DNA of 64,000 nt from Macrostomum lignano (lineage: Eukaryota), in the NCBI GenBank assembly GCA_002269645.1, contig NIVC01001023.1, positions 310,001 through 374,000 of the forward strand, given 5' to 3'. Below, one piece after another: positions 26,265 to 38,235 of the stretch. Under the pieces are notes generated by a model that did no database searches, was not told the origin of the DNA, and worked only from the letters and a program-made list of their open reading frames with translations. A program made the translations under genes and the position numbers. Every line of letters begins with the position of its first letter. Position 1 is the stretch's first letter.

Positions 26265-26807
26265 CTGGCTTCTATCTCTGCCTCTCCCTAAATCCCTTGG
26301 ATATTTTGAAACTTCTACAGTATCTTCTCTTCTGTTTCCTATCTTCTCTCTTGTCTCCCCTCTCCCCTCTATTCTTTCCTCTCTCCTGGCCTCTCCTCTC
26401 TTCTCTCTCGTCTCCCCTCTCCCCTCTATTCTTTCCTCTCTCCTGGCCTTTCCTCTCTTCTCTCTTTATCTCTCCTGGCCTCTCCTCTCTTCTCTCTTTC
26501 TCTCTCCTGGCTTCTTCTCTCTTCTCTCTGGTCTCTGATCTCTCATATCTCCTTTCTCTTCTTTAATCTTTTCTCTCTGCTCTCTACTCTCTACCCTCTC
26601 CCCTCTTCTCACTCCTTACTCTACCCTCTTTTAACACTTCCCTCATCTCTCTTCTCTCCTTTTTCCTCTCTTCTCTTCTCTAAACTCTCTCCTCTCATCT
26701 CTTCCCTCACCTCTCTTCTCTCTCGTCTTTGCTCTCTTATCTCTCCTTTCTCTTATTTTATCTTCTCTCTCTTATCTTTTCTCATTTCTCTCTGCTTTCT
26801 CTCCTCT

Positions 26808-26885
<78 letters not shown>

Positions 26886-27790
26886 TCTCTCCTGTCCTGT
26901 CCCATCTCTCTTCTTTCTAATCTCTCCCCTCTTTCTCTCCTCTCTCGCCCTTTCCACCAATTTCCCCAGTCCTCTCGATTCTCTTCCCTCCCCTCCTCTC
27001 TCCTCACTTACTTCTCATCTTTCCCTTGTTTCCACCTCTCACCTCATTTCTTATCTCTCCTCTTTTCTCTCTACTCTCCCATCTCTCGTCTGTTCACTCT
27101 CGTTTCTGCTCTCTCATCTCCTTTTTCTCATCTGTCATCTTTACTCTTATATGTTCTCTCCGGGTGTATAGTCTTCTCTTTCCCCTCTTCTGACTCCTCT
27201 CTTTCCTTACTTCTCTTCCCTCTCATCTACTCTCTCCCTTTATTCTCTTCTCTCGTCTTTGCACTCTGCTCTCTCTCTTCCTTCATCTTTCATCTCTACT
27301 CTTTCAGCTTTTCTTTTATCTCTCTCATCTCTACAATCTCATCTCTTTCCTCTCTTCTCCTCTTCCCTTTACTCTATCATCTCTCCTTTCTCCTCTCTTC
27401 TTTCACGATTCTATCTCATCTCTCTCCTCTCTTCTCACTCCTCTCTCCCCCTCTTATCTCCTCTCTTCTCTATCCTTTCTAATCGCTCCTCTCAATCCTC
27501 TCTCATCTCCTCTCTGTTCTCTTATGTCTACTCATCTCTACTCTCTTCTCACTCTTCTTTACCCTCCTCTCTCATCGATTCTCTGTCTCATCTCTTAACT
27601 CTTCTTTTTCCCTCTTCTCACCTCTACTCTTTCCTCTCCCTCCTCTATCCGTCTTTTAGCTTCTTCCTCCCATATTCTCTGCTTTCTCCTCACCCCCTCG
27701 TCTCTCTTATTTTTTTCTATCTTTTCTCTGATCCTCCTCTCACCCCTCCGCTCTTTCTAATAGTCTATTCCTTCTCCTTTTCACTCTCAT
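26265..27790. repeat. CT-rich low-complexity tract including (CT)n
   Basis: About 1.5 kb of almost pure pyrimidine on the + strand; shorter similar tracts near 21950-22180 and 23000-23220. Confidence 0.9.
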
Positions 27791-28479
27791 CTGGCCCGCA
27801 GCCATGAGCTAGATTCTTTATCTGGCCTTTGACGTAAAAATCTGCCGACCCCTGCTTCGAAAGCTAGTTTGTGGGACATAGTACTATCATGGTTGTTATC
27901 ATTTCTCATGCTTTAATCACGTCATCTTTCTGGCCAATTAGCAGCCCTGAGAGGAATTTGTGTAACTCCAGCTCTACCACAGTCTGCAGCAGTCTAACAA
28001 CCAAGGAAATACGCATTTCTTAGGAGCCATTTAAATTTTAAAGTTACCTTATGCGAATTTTAATGTTAAAAGCTTCATGCTGTAACTAACTGATTTAGTA
28101 GAATTGCATTGTAATCAGTTGTTATTCATTTATTTTTCGCTATATTTACAAACCATCCCACATTGTCTTGACTCTTGATTTGCTATCCACAGTTAAACTG
28201 CTGCAGACTTGTCTATACAGAGGACAGTGGTTTGAATCTCTCGCTGTCTCTCCTCTCCACGCCTCTAATCGCTGTCGCGGGGTACAGAGAAGGCTATTAA
28301 AAAGTTATTCCAAAACACTGTACACTCGCTATGTACATTGAGCCCTATCGCCTGACCCTTTGTCTGGGGAATGAGTTGGATGAGCGGCAAACAACAGAAA
28401 AAGCAGACAAACTTCACATGCTTACAGTTTCTGTCCTGATTGAGATACAGAGTTGAGACTTTACATGTAGGTAGAGAAT

Positions 28480-29003
28480 GAGTCAATAAAGAATTGTGTC
28501 AAATTTGAAGTCAATCGCTTCATGTGGAGCAAAACTATGGCAGCCGAAAGTTAGGCATTTAAAAACCTATTCACACCCTTTGCCCAGATCGGGAAAGAGA
28601 GGCAGGTGGGTGGAGGTTGGGGTGGCTGCCTCACTGAAAAAAACAGCCCAACTTTAAAAGTGCACGGTGGCTTTCAGGATTAACTTTGAGATTTGAAATT
28701 TTACATGATTGTGTCAAAATAGTTGAAAATTGCCTGTGTCAAATTTGAAGAGAATCGGTAGAAGTGGAGCAGCGCTATGGAGGATTTAGTGAAAAAATCG
28801 CGCCTTTTGAGCAGTTTTTTGTACTTATAGGTAGGAAGACTTGAGTCTAGGAAATTAAAAGGTAGCCTAAGACATTCTCCATAGTAAGTTTAGGGTGGGT
28901 ATAAAGTTTGGTGTAATTTGGTTGAGCGGTTTGGGAGTCCATAGCGATCAAAATTGTCCACACACAGACACAGAGACAGAGTTTTGATTTTTATAGGTAT
29001 AGA
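28480..29003 (+). mobile_element. Possible non-autonomous Helitron/Helentron-like element
   Basis: Repeated tgtgtcaaatttgaag...tggagc motif (28495, 28735); ends in cacacagacacagagacaga...ttttataggtatagat, resembling the 3' ends of Lep1/DINE-type elements. Left end unresolved. Confidence 0.35.
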
Positions 29004-29630
29004 TTGATTTCGCAAAATAATAATTCGCATCAGTATCTGCATTTTAGTATGCAAATATGTTCAATATCTGCATCTGTTTCCGCAATTTAGTGGGTACCTA
29101 GTAATAACTTAGTCTTTTAAGTTTTATTAGATATTATTTGCTTTTGCTAATTGCTAATAGTATAGTCACCCAGTAAAATGTGGAATCTACAGTGGAATGG
29201 TAAAATAAGGAATAAGCAATGGAATCCACTAACTTTATCTAAATGCTAATGTAGTTACAATGTAGCTAAGCCTAAAGTACATTATAATCAATTATATATT
29301 AATCTTATAACAATAAAGCCTTCAAAAATTTACTAAACTACTACTACTAGAGAAAAAATTATGATAATATAATGTTGTAGGGGTTGTCTAACTTATTCTA
29401 AATATCTCACCGAAATCACCAAGTATAAGTTGTTGTAGTGTTTCTTTGTTATTTTTATATCTTTCCTATAGTACATACATGCGCAACTGCTGGTCGAGCT
29501 AGCCGATTTGACCACTGTAAATAGTAGTGGACCAAGGTAAGTCGCAGAATAAAGTTGACCAAAAACAAAAAAAGCTAAGAAAAGGCAAGAGGAAAGAGCA
29601 ATACAGGGAAGTAAAATAGTGAAGCAAAAG

Positions 29631-29900
29631 CAGGGGCGTAGCGAGGGGGGTATCGGTATATCGGCCGATACCCCCAAATTTCCAAAGCAACATTTTTTTT
29701 CCTTTTTCAGTTGCAATTGTGACCATTAACTAAGGAAGAGAAAGGTATCCAAATCGAAAGAATAACAATTAACAAACAAATAGAGTAATTATATGTATTA
29801 TGCACTAGAAATACATTAAGGGGATATGTGGATCTCAAGCCCTTGCTTTCTGATAACAGCTAACTGATACCCCCAAAAAAAAATCCTGGCTACGCCCCTG
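29631..29900. mobile_element. 270-bp hAT-type MITE
   Basis: TIR caggggcgtagc / gctacgcccctg; perfect 8-bp TSD agcaaaag at 29623-29630 and 29901-29908. Confidence 0.88.
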
Positions 29901-29934
29901 AGCAAAAGAAAAACAAGTTGCAACAGAAGCAAAT

Positions 29935-30315
29935 TAAGTTGCACAAATGATTAGGTAAGTTGCAAAAGGAGCAACTAAGTTGCAAAAATATTAGGTAAGT
30001 TGCAAAAGGGTTATGTAAGTCACAAAAGGGTTATGTAAGCCCAAAAAGATTAGGTAAGTCGCAAAAATAATTAAGTAAGTTGCAAAAAGATTAGGCAAGT
30101 TGCAAAAAGATTAGATAAGTCACAAAAAGGATTAGGTAAGTCACAAAAGGGTTAGGTCAAGTTGCAAAAAGATTAGGTAAGTTGCAAAAAGGATTAGGTA
30201 AGTTGCAAAAAAATTAGGTAAGTTGCAAAAAAATTAGGTAATTCGCAAAAGGAGCAATTAAGTTGCAAAAAGGATTAGGTCAAGTGGCAAAAGGATTAGG
30301 TAGGTTGCAAAAAGG
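29935..30315. repeat. 20-bp tandem repeat (aaaaagattaggtaagttgc)
   Basis: About 18 degenerate units. Confidence 0.85.
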
Positions 30316-30495
30316 ATGGCATTCTTTCATTTTACAATCACCTAGCACTGTCCCTATGGGAGTTGGGACTTTTGTTATACAATCCCCCCACAGAGGATGG
30401 AAAATTGCTCTTAAAATCAAACTTCAAAATGGGACCACTTCTAAGTGTGTCATTTTAACATAAAATCTTGTGTCTTATAGAAGTTAGAAGCTTGT

Positions 30496-31120
30496 CCTTA
30501 TATTAATTTTTGTTATGCAATCATTTAAATGGTGAATTTATGTGCAGATCATTGCAAGACAAAACCAAAAGAGCTTGTAGATTTCGACTTAGGATCACAC
30601 CAATAGTAAAATTGTATTGGAGGGATTGTATGACGAAATGGTAGGAAATTGTCGCTATAATAGATGTTTCAACCAAACAATCAATTGCAAACCGAATATG
30701 TCCGCAAACCAAAAGCCACCTGGCTCTTTTTATATGGCTCTTTTTGCATGACCTTTTCGGGCATTGCCGCCACCCCATTCACCCCCTCACTTTTGTCATG
30801 CGATCACCCCTTGGTATAACACATAGGTCCAATGAACTGAGGGGATCGTATGACGAAAATGGGGGGAGCGGCACTTGCAAATCTTTTAATGAATACAATT
30901 TCATTCTTGAATCCTGTAGATCGTTGATAGAGATTGATGTAGCAGTTCGTATCCGAAGCTGCCGTGAACTGGTGCAACTTCGTCATACGATCCCTCTAAT
31001 ATAGTTCTACCAATGTGGTGATCGTAATTCAAAACCTACAAGCTCTTTTGGTTTCATCTTGCAATCATCTACATATAACTTCACCATTTAAATGATTGTA
31101 TGATGAAAGTGAATATAAGC
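30496..31120. mobile_element. Foldback/MITE-like element with about 145-bp inverted repeats
   Basis: 30496-30640 matches the reverse complement of 30980-31120 (e.g. atcatttaaatggtgaa, aaaccaaaagagcttgtag). No TSD resolved. Confidence 0.7.
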
Positions 31121-32054
31121 TATGTGCTTTCATAACCATGCTATGCCCATGATCCTCAAGTTGACTGAAAAGTGAATTGCAGTGATGAATTAGGTTGACT
31201 GGAAAGTGAGTTGCAATGATTTTGTTCTTGGAAAAAAAAGTGAAACATACTTTTTTGATAAACTAGAGTGTCTTTTTGACTCTTTTAATAGGGATTGTAA
31301 GACAAGACTTGACCTGCTCAGGGATCGTAAAACAAAATAATGCCCATCCATAGATGTTTTCACATCTTTCTGACAAATTTAAAGTTGAATTTTGCAAAAA
31401 TATGATGATGGAAAAATAATACTAGCAGACATTTCAGGTTGTATAATAATAGGCCCTATTAGTGCTAACCTTTCTTCACATTTGTTGGTCTAACTCAAAA
31501 CCCAAACAAGATAAAAATGAAATTCAAAGGACAATTTTTTCATTGAAAAATTATCTATAGGCCTAGCTTGACACATAAAATGTAAAAATTGGTCCAGGTA
31601 CTAAGAAGCTAAAGCAAAGATTTCAGGATCTTTTGGGACATCTATCATAGTTGCAAGTGACAATTTTCCGCACAAAAACTGCATCTTTGCTTGTATGAGT
31701 AGCATGATATGCCAGAAAAATGCCTTTTATATTGATTATGATATGCCACCTTTTTGCAACAATCAATAAATATATATATCTTTTTGTAAAAATCTTTTTA
31801 AATAATTTTTTTATAATATTTTATATAAAACAAAAATGTTATCACCAACAAATTTTAAATATATAAGACAATTCTTTAAAATTTATGTTTGTCTTAGTGC
31901 TTAAAATTAAAATTAAAATTAAGCATCCAGTAAAAAAGTAGCTTATTTATTTGAAACTTCAAAGCTAATTAGTTAATAATAAAATATAAATAGGAAGTTT
32001 GTGTAACGTTTGGTTGTCTCTGGGTTGTCTCGAGGTGGCCTGGCAGGTCTTTGT

Positions 32055-32925
32055 ATCCCACTGCTGCCACCAGTGTAACGTTTGTCCTTTGCTTCGGTCC
32101 TATCAATTTGCCTGAAAATTGAACCTAAAATGTTAGCCTTGACTTGGTAGGGTTGCTGCCACCTTGGTGTGCGGACTCGACGCGTCGGCAGAGTTGTCTA
32201 TCTGTCACCTAAAATAAAATTAACGAAGACACTTCGGAGCAAAGGCCAAATCTGAAAATGTCTCGACAGTCAATCGTCTCAGTTGAATGCTGCTCGGACC
32301 TGAAAACCTGAAATGAGAGAGGAGAGCTCGGAGGCAGAGGCTTCACGAGTTAGCCACAATGCTCCGCAAGACGATGCCGTCTAAAGAAAAATGGCTCGCA
32401 GATGCTCCATATTTATAGATGAGCGGACCCCCAAAAGTCACGTGAGTTTCATGCAGTGAGCGCGTGAAACTTCCTTATTTGGGCATTGAAATCATGTGGA
32501 CGACGCGTGATTCAAGGCCAACTTCCAAATAAGGCAACCCTGTCACGCAGCAGTGGCGTGACTCAAGGTCAGTGGCCACGCACAGCGTGCGTGCACAGTC
32601 ACGTGCTTATTCTGTGTTAAAAATAGAACATGGGCGGATGAGTCATCCTGTTTACTCCCTCTAGGCAGCCATTATACTCCGCGCAGGTGATGAGTCATCC
32701 TGCTACGCTTCCTCAGCGCAAGTGGGAAGACATTGAGTGTGGCTGCCCGCACCCGCTCAGGCAATAAGTCATTGGGCAGTAAACACATAGGCCCAGCACA
32801 GAGTATCTCTCTCACTAGATCAGGTGGACTGAGCTACTGTGCAGCGGATCACAGCACTCTTAAGGAAAGCTAGTGAATGCTGCTGAATAGCCAGTTAGCA
32901 GCCAGTCACTACACTCTCCCCGTCC
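32055..32925 (-). mobile_element. LTR of about 840 bp (32913-32074) with upstream polypurine tract and downstream tRNA-Leu primer-binding site
   Basis: Minus strand: PPT ggacggggagag (32925-32914); TGTAG start; TATAAATA near 32415; end ...GTTACA; PBS TGGTGGCAGCAGTGGGAT (32072-32055), matching the complement of the tRNA-Leu 3' end ...ATCCCACCGCTGCCACCA at 17/18. Confidence 0.65.
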
Positions 32926-33247
32926 AAATTAAATTGCAGCAGCGGAACAATGAATCATATTTATTTGAAAACAAAATTGGCTCTAATAAGGCCACTGCAT
33001 AATAAGTTAATTAGCTACAAAAGAAAAGTAAAATTTATTGCGCGCCAGTCAAAAAGATGGAAAACAAGGCCACACGAATTGCATACGGTATTGCGGATTA
33101 ACAAGTGATAGTTTTTAGAGATTAGATTGATTAGCTAAGAAATGTAATAAATTTTGAGATTATTTTGAAATGGAGTAAGAATTCCTGATTATTGCGTGTC
33201 AGCCTAATTGTAAAGATGTAAATGTTGTCATGTAATTTTAATTTTTG

Positions 33248-33631
33248 TTAATAACGAATGAATTTTTCAAAGTCCGTTGGCACGTTGGCAGTTTGACCTA
33301 GGAAGAAAAGGGCCTTTAAGATGGCCAATTCTAGCATAGTTGGATGCGGCGGTTGTGTTAGTAGGGCGGCGATGTTGCGGCGGGCCACTTCCGAGATAGC
33401 TTGCCAACGAGCGTTGGCAGTAGCCACCGAGAAAGCCTCTCGAATGTTCGTGGGCCATCGGCGACTCAACTGCCCATTCAGGACAGCCCTCACAAGCAGG
33501 CTGATCAGCTGGCTGATGCCCTCCTCGCTGACTGTGGTCAGGTGGCTCACCTGTGTTGAGGCGTCAGAGTGCTGCGGCCTGGCCTTGATAGCGGCATTGA
33601 TCGCTTCCACTAGCTCCGTTTTTGAAAACAA
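33248..33631 (-). other. 127-codon open frame of unknown function upstream of the PPT
   Basis: GC- and CpG-rich open frame with no early ATG; pyrimidine-rich AG acceptor just before 33631. No family recognised. Confidence 0.3.
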
Positions 33632-35889
33632 CCTAGGCGGCGATGGGGCAGGCGACGGATGGCGAAAACATTTGTTTCAATAGCATTAGCAGATTCAGCA
33701 GAATGTTATAAAAGATTGGGAAATAAGTAAATCAAAGCAATTGATGCTCATGTACAATCAATAAAGGTCACAATTTTAATTCAATAATAAAGTTCATTAG
33801 TAAGAAGTTGTTACATTTGCATGACCATTGTCATAAACAAAGAGATTAATTAGGCATTTAGGTAAATTCAAATATATTCCTAATTTTATAACTTTTCTTT
33901 ATTTTCTTCATATATTTTGCTCTTTCTTTGCATTTTTGGTCATTGACATTGCCATTATGTTAACAATGAATTTGTCATGTCAAATTATAAAAGTACTCGT
34001 ATTAATGCAAATCCATTAATCCATTAGTTCAAAAAATCTTAATGGCATTCCATTAACAATAATAAAAAATCTTAATGCTTATTAATGCTTAATAGCAGAT
34101 TAACACTTATTAATGGACTGGTACCCAACACTGGGCCTGAGTGGTCTAAGGTACATATATTTCTTTAGTCTTTTAAGTGTTACTCAGAATATAGGGTCAT
34201 AGCAATAAGCAATGCAGTATATCTTTGCATGAATCCCTAATTCTTATTTCTTGGTAAGTTTCTGAGCACTTTCAAATGTTCAGCCTTGAAATAAGTACCT
34301 CATTAAGACTTTATGTTTATTGAAAATATGGGGTTTGAACCATTGTGGGAGCATATGGATGTTCAAGAGCTGAGATGTTGGTTTATTTAGGGCAGAATTT
34401 CACTTGTATATATCAATTGGATTTAGGGAGGCACATTTATAATAAATAATAATGATCAAAATTATTTCATGTATTCAAACAAACTAAAATGATATCTCTA
34501 GATTTTGCACAACTTTAAAATCAAAAGTATCTAAGTATAAAATAAAAGTACTTGGGTGCAAAATGTTTAAATAGTTGTATATTATAAGCATATTTGTATT
34601 CAAAGGGTAGAATTTTATAGATAGAACAATTATTAAAACACAGGCAAAGTAAAACTAAATAGTTATTACTAAATATAGGCAAAGTAAATTGGTAAAAAAT
34701 GTTTATGATGCAAGTTCATAAATGCAGTTGTCACTTAGTCTTTTAGAATTGGCATGGGTGTAGCAAATCTCAGTAGTATAACCACTTGATTTGGCCAAAG
34801 AGCTAATCAATCTCAATATTGATCAGAGCCTAATGATTTGGTAGTCAACAATCACTGCAAAAATTCTAGTGCATGTGATTAGCCACATCTTGTAGGATAG
34901 CAATTGCCTCCTTATGAGACTACTGTTTTTTCAGAAATTTGCCACTTGACTAGATCTTGGAGGCCTATGGTAGTTGCTGATACATATCCAGACAAAGAAA
35001 CACTAGAGTCAGCATGTATTGTTGGAAATTGTAGCATAGCCTCTCTATATCAGGGCTGCAGGTTTTGATTAATCTGTGCATGACTCTGGAGAAGTTGGCT
35101 ACCTCCTTTGGTGGCAATCGTCTTTGTCTTGGCAATGAGCTCAGCTGGAGTGATGATCTCTGCTGCCACAGTGGCAAGTTTCTAAGACTCTGCCTTTGTT
35201 ACACTTTATGGTGTGATTTGCTTTATTGTGATATTATTATTGGCTCTAAGGAGGCTATTGATGCTGACAGCTCTGTCAAAGTGTCTTCAAGCATTTGGAG
35301 GTGGATGCAGTTGCTGGAGCCTCTATCTGGATGGTGCAGCCACCAGTGGGTGGAACAGTCCTAATTACCATTGACATCACTATCACTGGGATGGCAACTT
35401 GCAAAGCTAGTAGTGTGGCCCTCTTTTACCTTGGCTCTTCATTAGTTGTAGCTAAGGGCAATCTCTTGGCTTTTCCCCTAGGCACTAAAGGCTTGGTTGG
35501 GATATGCAAAAGCGCCTTGTTTTCCTGATCCTCCAGCTTCTCAACTGGCTTGGCAGCTGGCAGCTTTGGCATAATCTCTAATAGCTCTTCTAGAAGCCAC
35601 AAAGACAAGTTCAGAATGTTGTTGTGCAATCCATGCTAACTCTTAGTACTGATCCTTAGTATAGCAACTCTACACAATTAAATTCTCGGTATAGTAATTC
35701 TTAGTATGATACTCTAGTAAGGTTCTCTTTGAATAGAGGAGGAGTTTAACTCTGTGAAATATGGAGCTTTCTGGGCTATAGGGGTTCATATTTATAGGCT
35801 AGCAAGATAGGACCAATGAAACACATTAATATCTAGAAATTCACACTTGCACAAGATATTTGGATCTGGCTAACAGCTTTCAATCAATG

Positions 35890-36300
35890 CTGTGAAGTAG
35901 AAGAGATATATGAAGAACATTGGAAGCAGGAACTGCTAGCTAATTTGGACTTGTCTACTGCTTTTGTAGCGGTGTAGCACCTGAATCTGCTAGAAGATCT
36001 CAAATATAAAGAGTTCAAAGAGCAATTGATTGAGCAATTTAGAAGAATTGGTAGTTCCACAGAGAGGAATTTCAAGAAAGAATGCAAGGTGGAAATGAGC
36101 CTATAGAGACTTTTGTAGACAATTTGATTGAGTTGGCATAGCATGCATAACTGTTGAGCAAAAGGAAGAAAATATTGTAAAGCAATTCATCAAGGGTTAT
36201 TTTGACTAGGTGACCCTCAAGAGGGCCATTTATGAGAATTTTAGCTTTAGAAAAGCCAGGGAACTACAAAATTAGATTGAGACCATTAAAGAAAGATTAT
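35890..36300 (+). pseudogene. Ty3/Gypsy gag relic
   Basis: EFQERMQGGNEPIETFVDNLIELA*...IVKQFIKG fits the retrotransposon gag F..R.Q...E.V..F...L..LA...QFI.G pattern; multiple stops and frameshifts. Confidence 0.6.
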
Positions 36301-36373
36301 TTAAAGCAATATAAGATTGGTAGTAATCATCATTTATCATTCAAATGTTCAAATATTTGATTATATAGTCACA

Positions 36374-36725
36374 GGGGCCATAGCCCAATGGTAGTGCAGC
36401 TGCTCTGGTGTGCCAGCAACCCAGGCTCAATTCCAAGTGCAGTCACATTAATTTGGGGCTGAATTAGAATCTTGGCTTGGCTTTGCTTGTGCAATTAACG
36501 GCCTTAAGAGCCAACCCCCCAAGGTGCAGTGAAGTGTACATACTTAATGATAATATAAAGTTAACACCGCTGTATACTCCTGTGTGAGTGTATGCCTGTG
36601 TACATATCCACACACTTGTATGCCTGCTTAGGGGAGTCGGTAGAACAGGCAGTAATGCCTCTCGCCGGTTATGTGCCTGTCGTTTAAAGTGCACCAGGGT
36701 GCACACAACCCCCTGCCTCTAACTA
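36374..36725 (+). mobile_element. tRNA-derived SINE, copy 1
   Basis: A-box-like tagcccaatggtag and B-box-like ggctcaattcc; body shared with the inverted copy at 37890-38190. Confidence 0.6.
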
Positions 36726-37889
36726 AATATCTATATATAAGATATACTAGTTACAGTAGTTACTAGAGTATTTAAATGATATATTTTATTATTCAGCATT
36801 GTCAAACAACCCCATTGTTCTTTTTTTGCTAGTTCAAAATAGCTTTATACTTATTTGAAATATTATAATATTGATGGACTATAGTAAATATAGACCATTT
36901 ACTTAATTTTATTACTTAATTTAATCTTACCAATGCTACCAAAGTTATAATAAGGGTGTTGGTTCTATCTTCTAAAATAATTTCATTGTTGATACCAAAG
37001 TTGTGCTAGGGGTAAATCTTTCTTTAAATTTCAATTGTTGCCACTAAACTATAGTAAAAAAACTCTATTTCTTTAAATTCATCTGAGCATTTGCCTAAGT
37101 GCATATCTAAGTATTTATTATCCTTTATTGGTAATGTTTCTATTCTATACCAATAGCATTATATATAAATCTGGCTTGAGTAGTATATATACTCTAATGG
37201 TATATGTACTGCATATATGATCTTTTTAGTCCTAGGCATTACCAAGATTAGAGGGTCATGGCCTCTGTACACTATATGTATTATTAGGGATCTACTTTGT
37301 ATCCCTTTTCCATTAGTATATGCAGTATGCATATTTACTCCTACTTCATAAAAATGAGTAAGTCAAAATCACTTCTCAAAATATTTGTTAGGAATTCACT
37401 GTAAAGTTTCTCAACTAACCAGTAAAAGGCTGAAGGCTGATTTGAAGCCTAAAAGTGAGACTTGCTTCTCATTGCAAAAAATGCATATATTTATACTAAT
37501 TTTTTGGCTCTTTAAAACAAACTAATTGGAAAAATATTTTAGAAAATTTAAGTACTTAAACAAAAGTTTTCTTAGTTTTTGTGCAAGTTCAAAATGCATA
37601 TATTTTACAAATTTTTGCATAAAAATGGAAGCCATTAATGTAGTTTCTACAAACTTATTAGGTTATAAAATGAAGTTCAATTTTTTATAGATTTTAGAGA
37701 TTCATATTTTGGCAAAGTTGCTATTTTTTTCTTTATTGTCTTTTACTATACAAGTAGATGTGCAATTAAAATATTGATATTTTTCTGCACAGCTTTTTAT
37801 GGTTTATTTTACAGTTGGAAGCTTTCTATAATTTTATGGCTATTGTATCATAATATGTATTGTTAGCATAAATATATATTTTGATTGAG

Positions 37890-38190
37890 CATTTGAGCAG
37901 GGGCTGTGTGCACCCTGGAGCACATTTAGCAACACTGTCACAACTGTTGGGGAAAGATTACTGCCCATTCTGCCAATCTTGAGCAGACAAACAAGAGCAC
38001 AGATACATGTGTAGTCATATACAAAGACAGACACATCAAAGGCAGGTCCTGGCTTTATTTATATTCAGGCAAGTATACTTCACTGCACCTTAGGGTTGAT
38101 CTTTGAGAGCATTGAATGGACAAACAGACTGAAGCCAAGATTCCAATTTAGCCACAAATTAATGCAATCTGCAATTGGAATTGACAATGG
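37890..38190 (-). mobile_element. tRNA-derived SINE, copy 2 (inverted)
   Basis: Shares tcaattccaa, gaatcttggctt, aaggtgcagtgaagt and ccagggtgcacaca..ccctgc with copy 1; its head may extend to about 38245. Confidence 0.55.
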
Positions 38191-38235
38191 TAACTAAATG
38201 TCAAACTGTGACTTTCAGCCGTAACTGCTGCCTCT

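Larger units (their letters stand above)
25085..29097. mobile_element. Old long-TIR DNA element whose right TIR is split by a nested insertion
   Basis: 25085-25172 is the inverted counterpart of 29004-29097; 25172-25212 is the inverted counterpart of 26008-26050. Confidence 0.55.

Noticed and set aside
29935-30315. Interstitial telomeric repeat
   Set aside because: Contains ttagg only once per 20-bp unit; no (TTAGGG)n.
36374-36446. Possible tRNA gene
   Set aside because: A/B boxes are degenerate, no clean cloverleaf, and it continues into a body shared with a second copy, so it is a SINE head.
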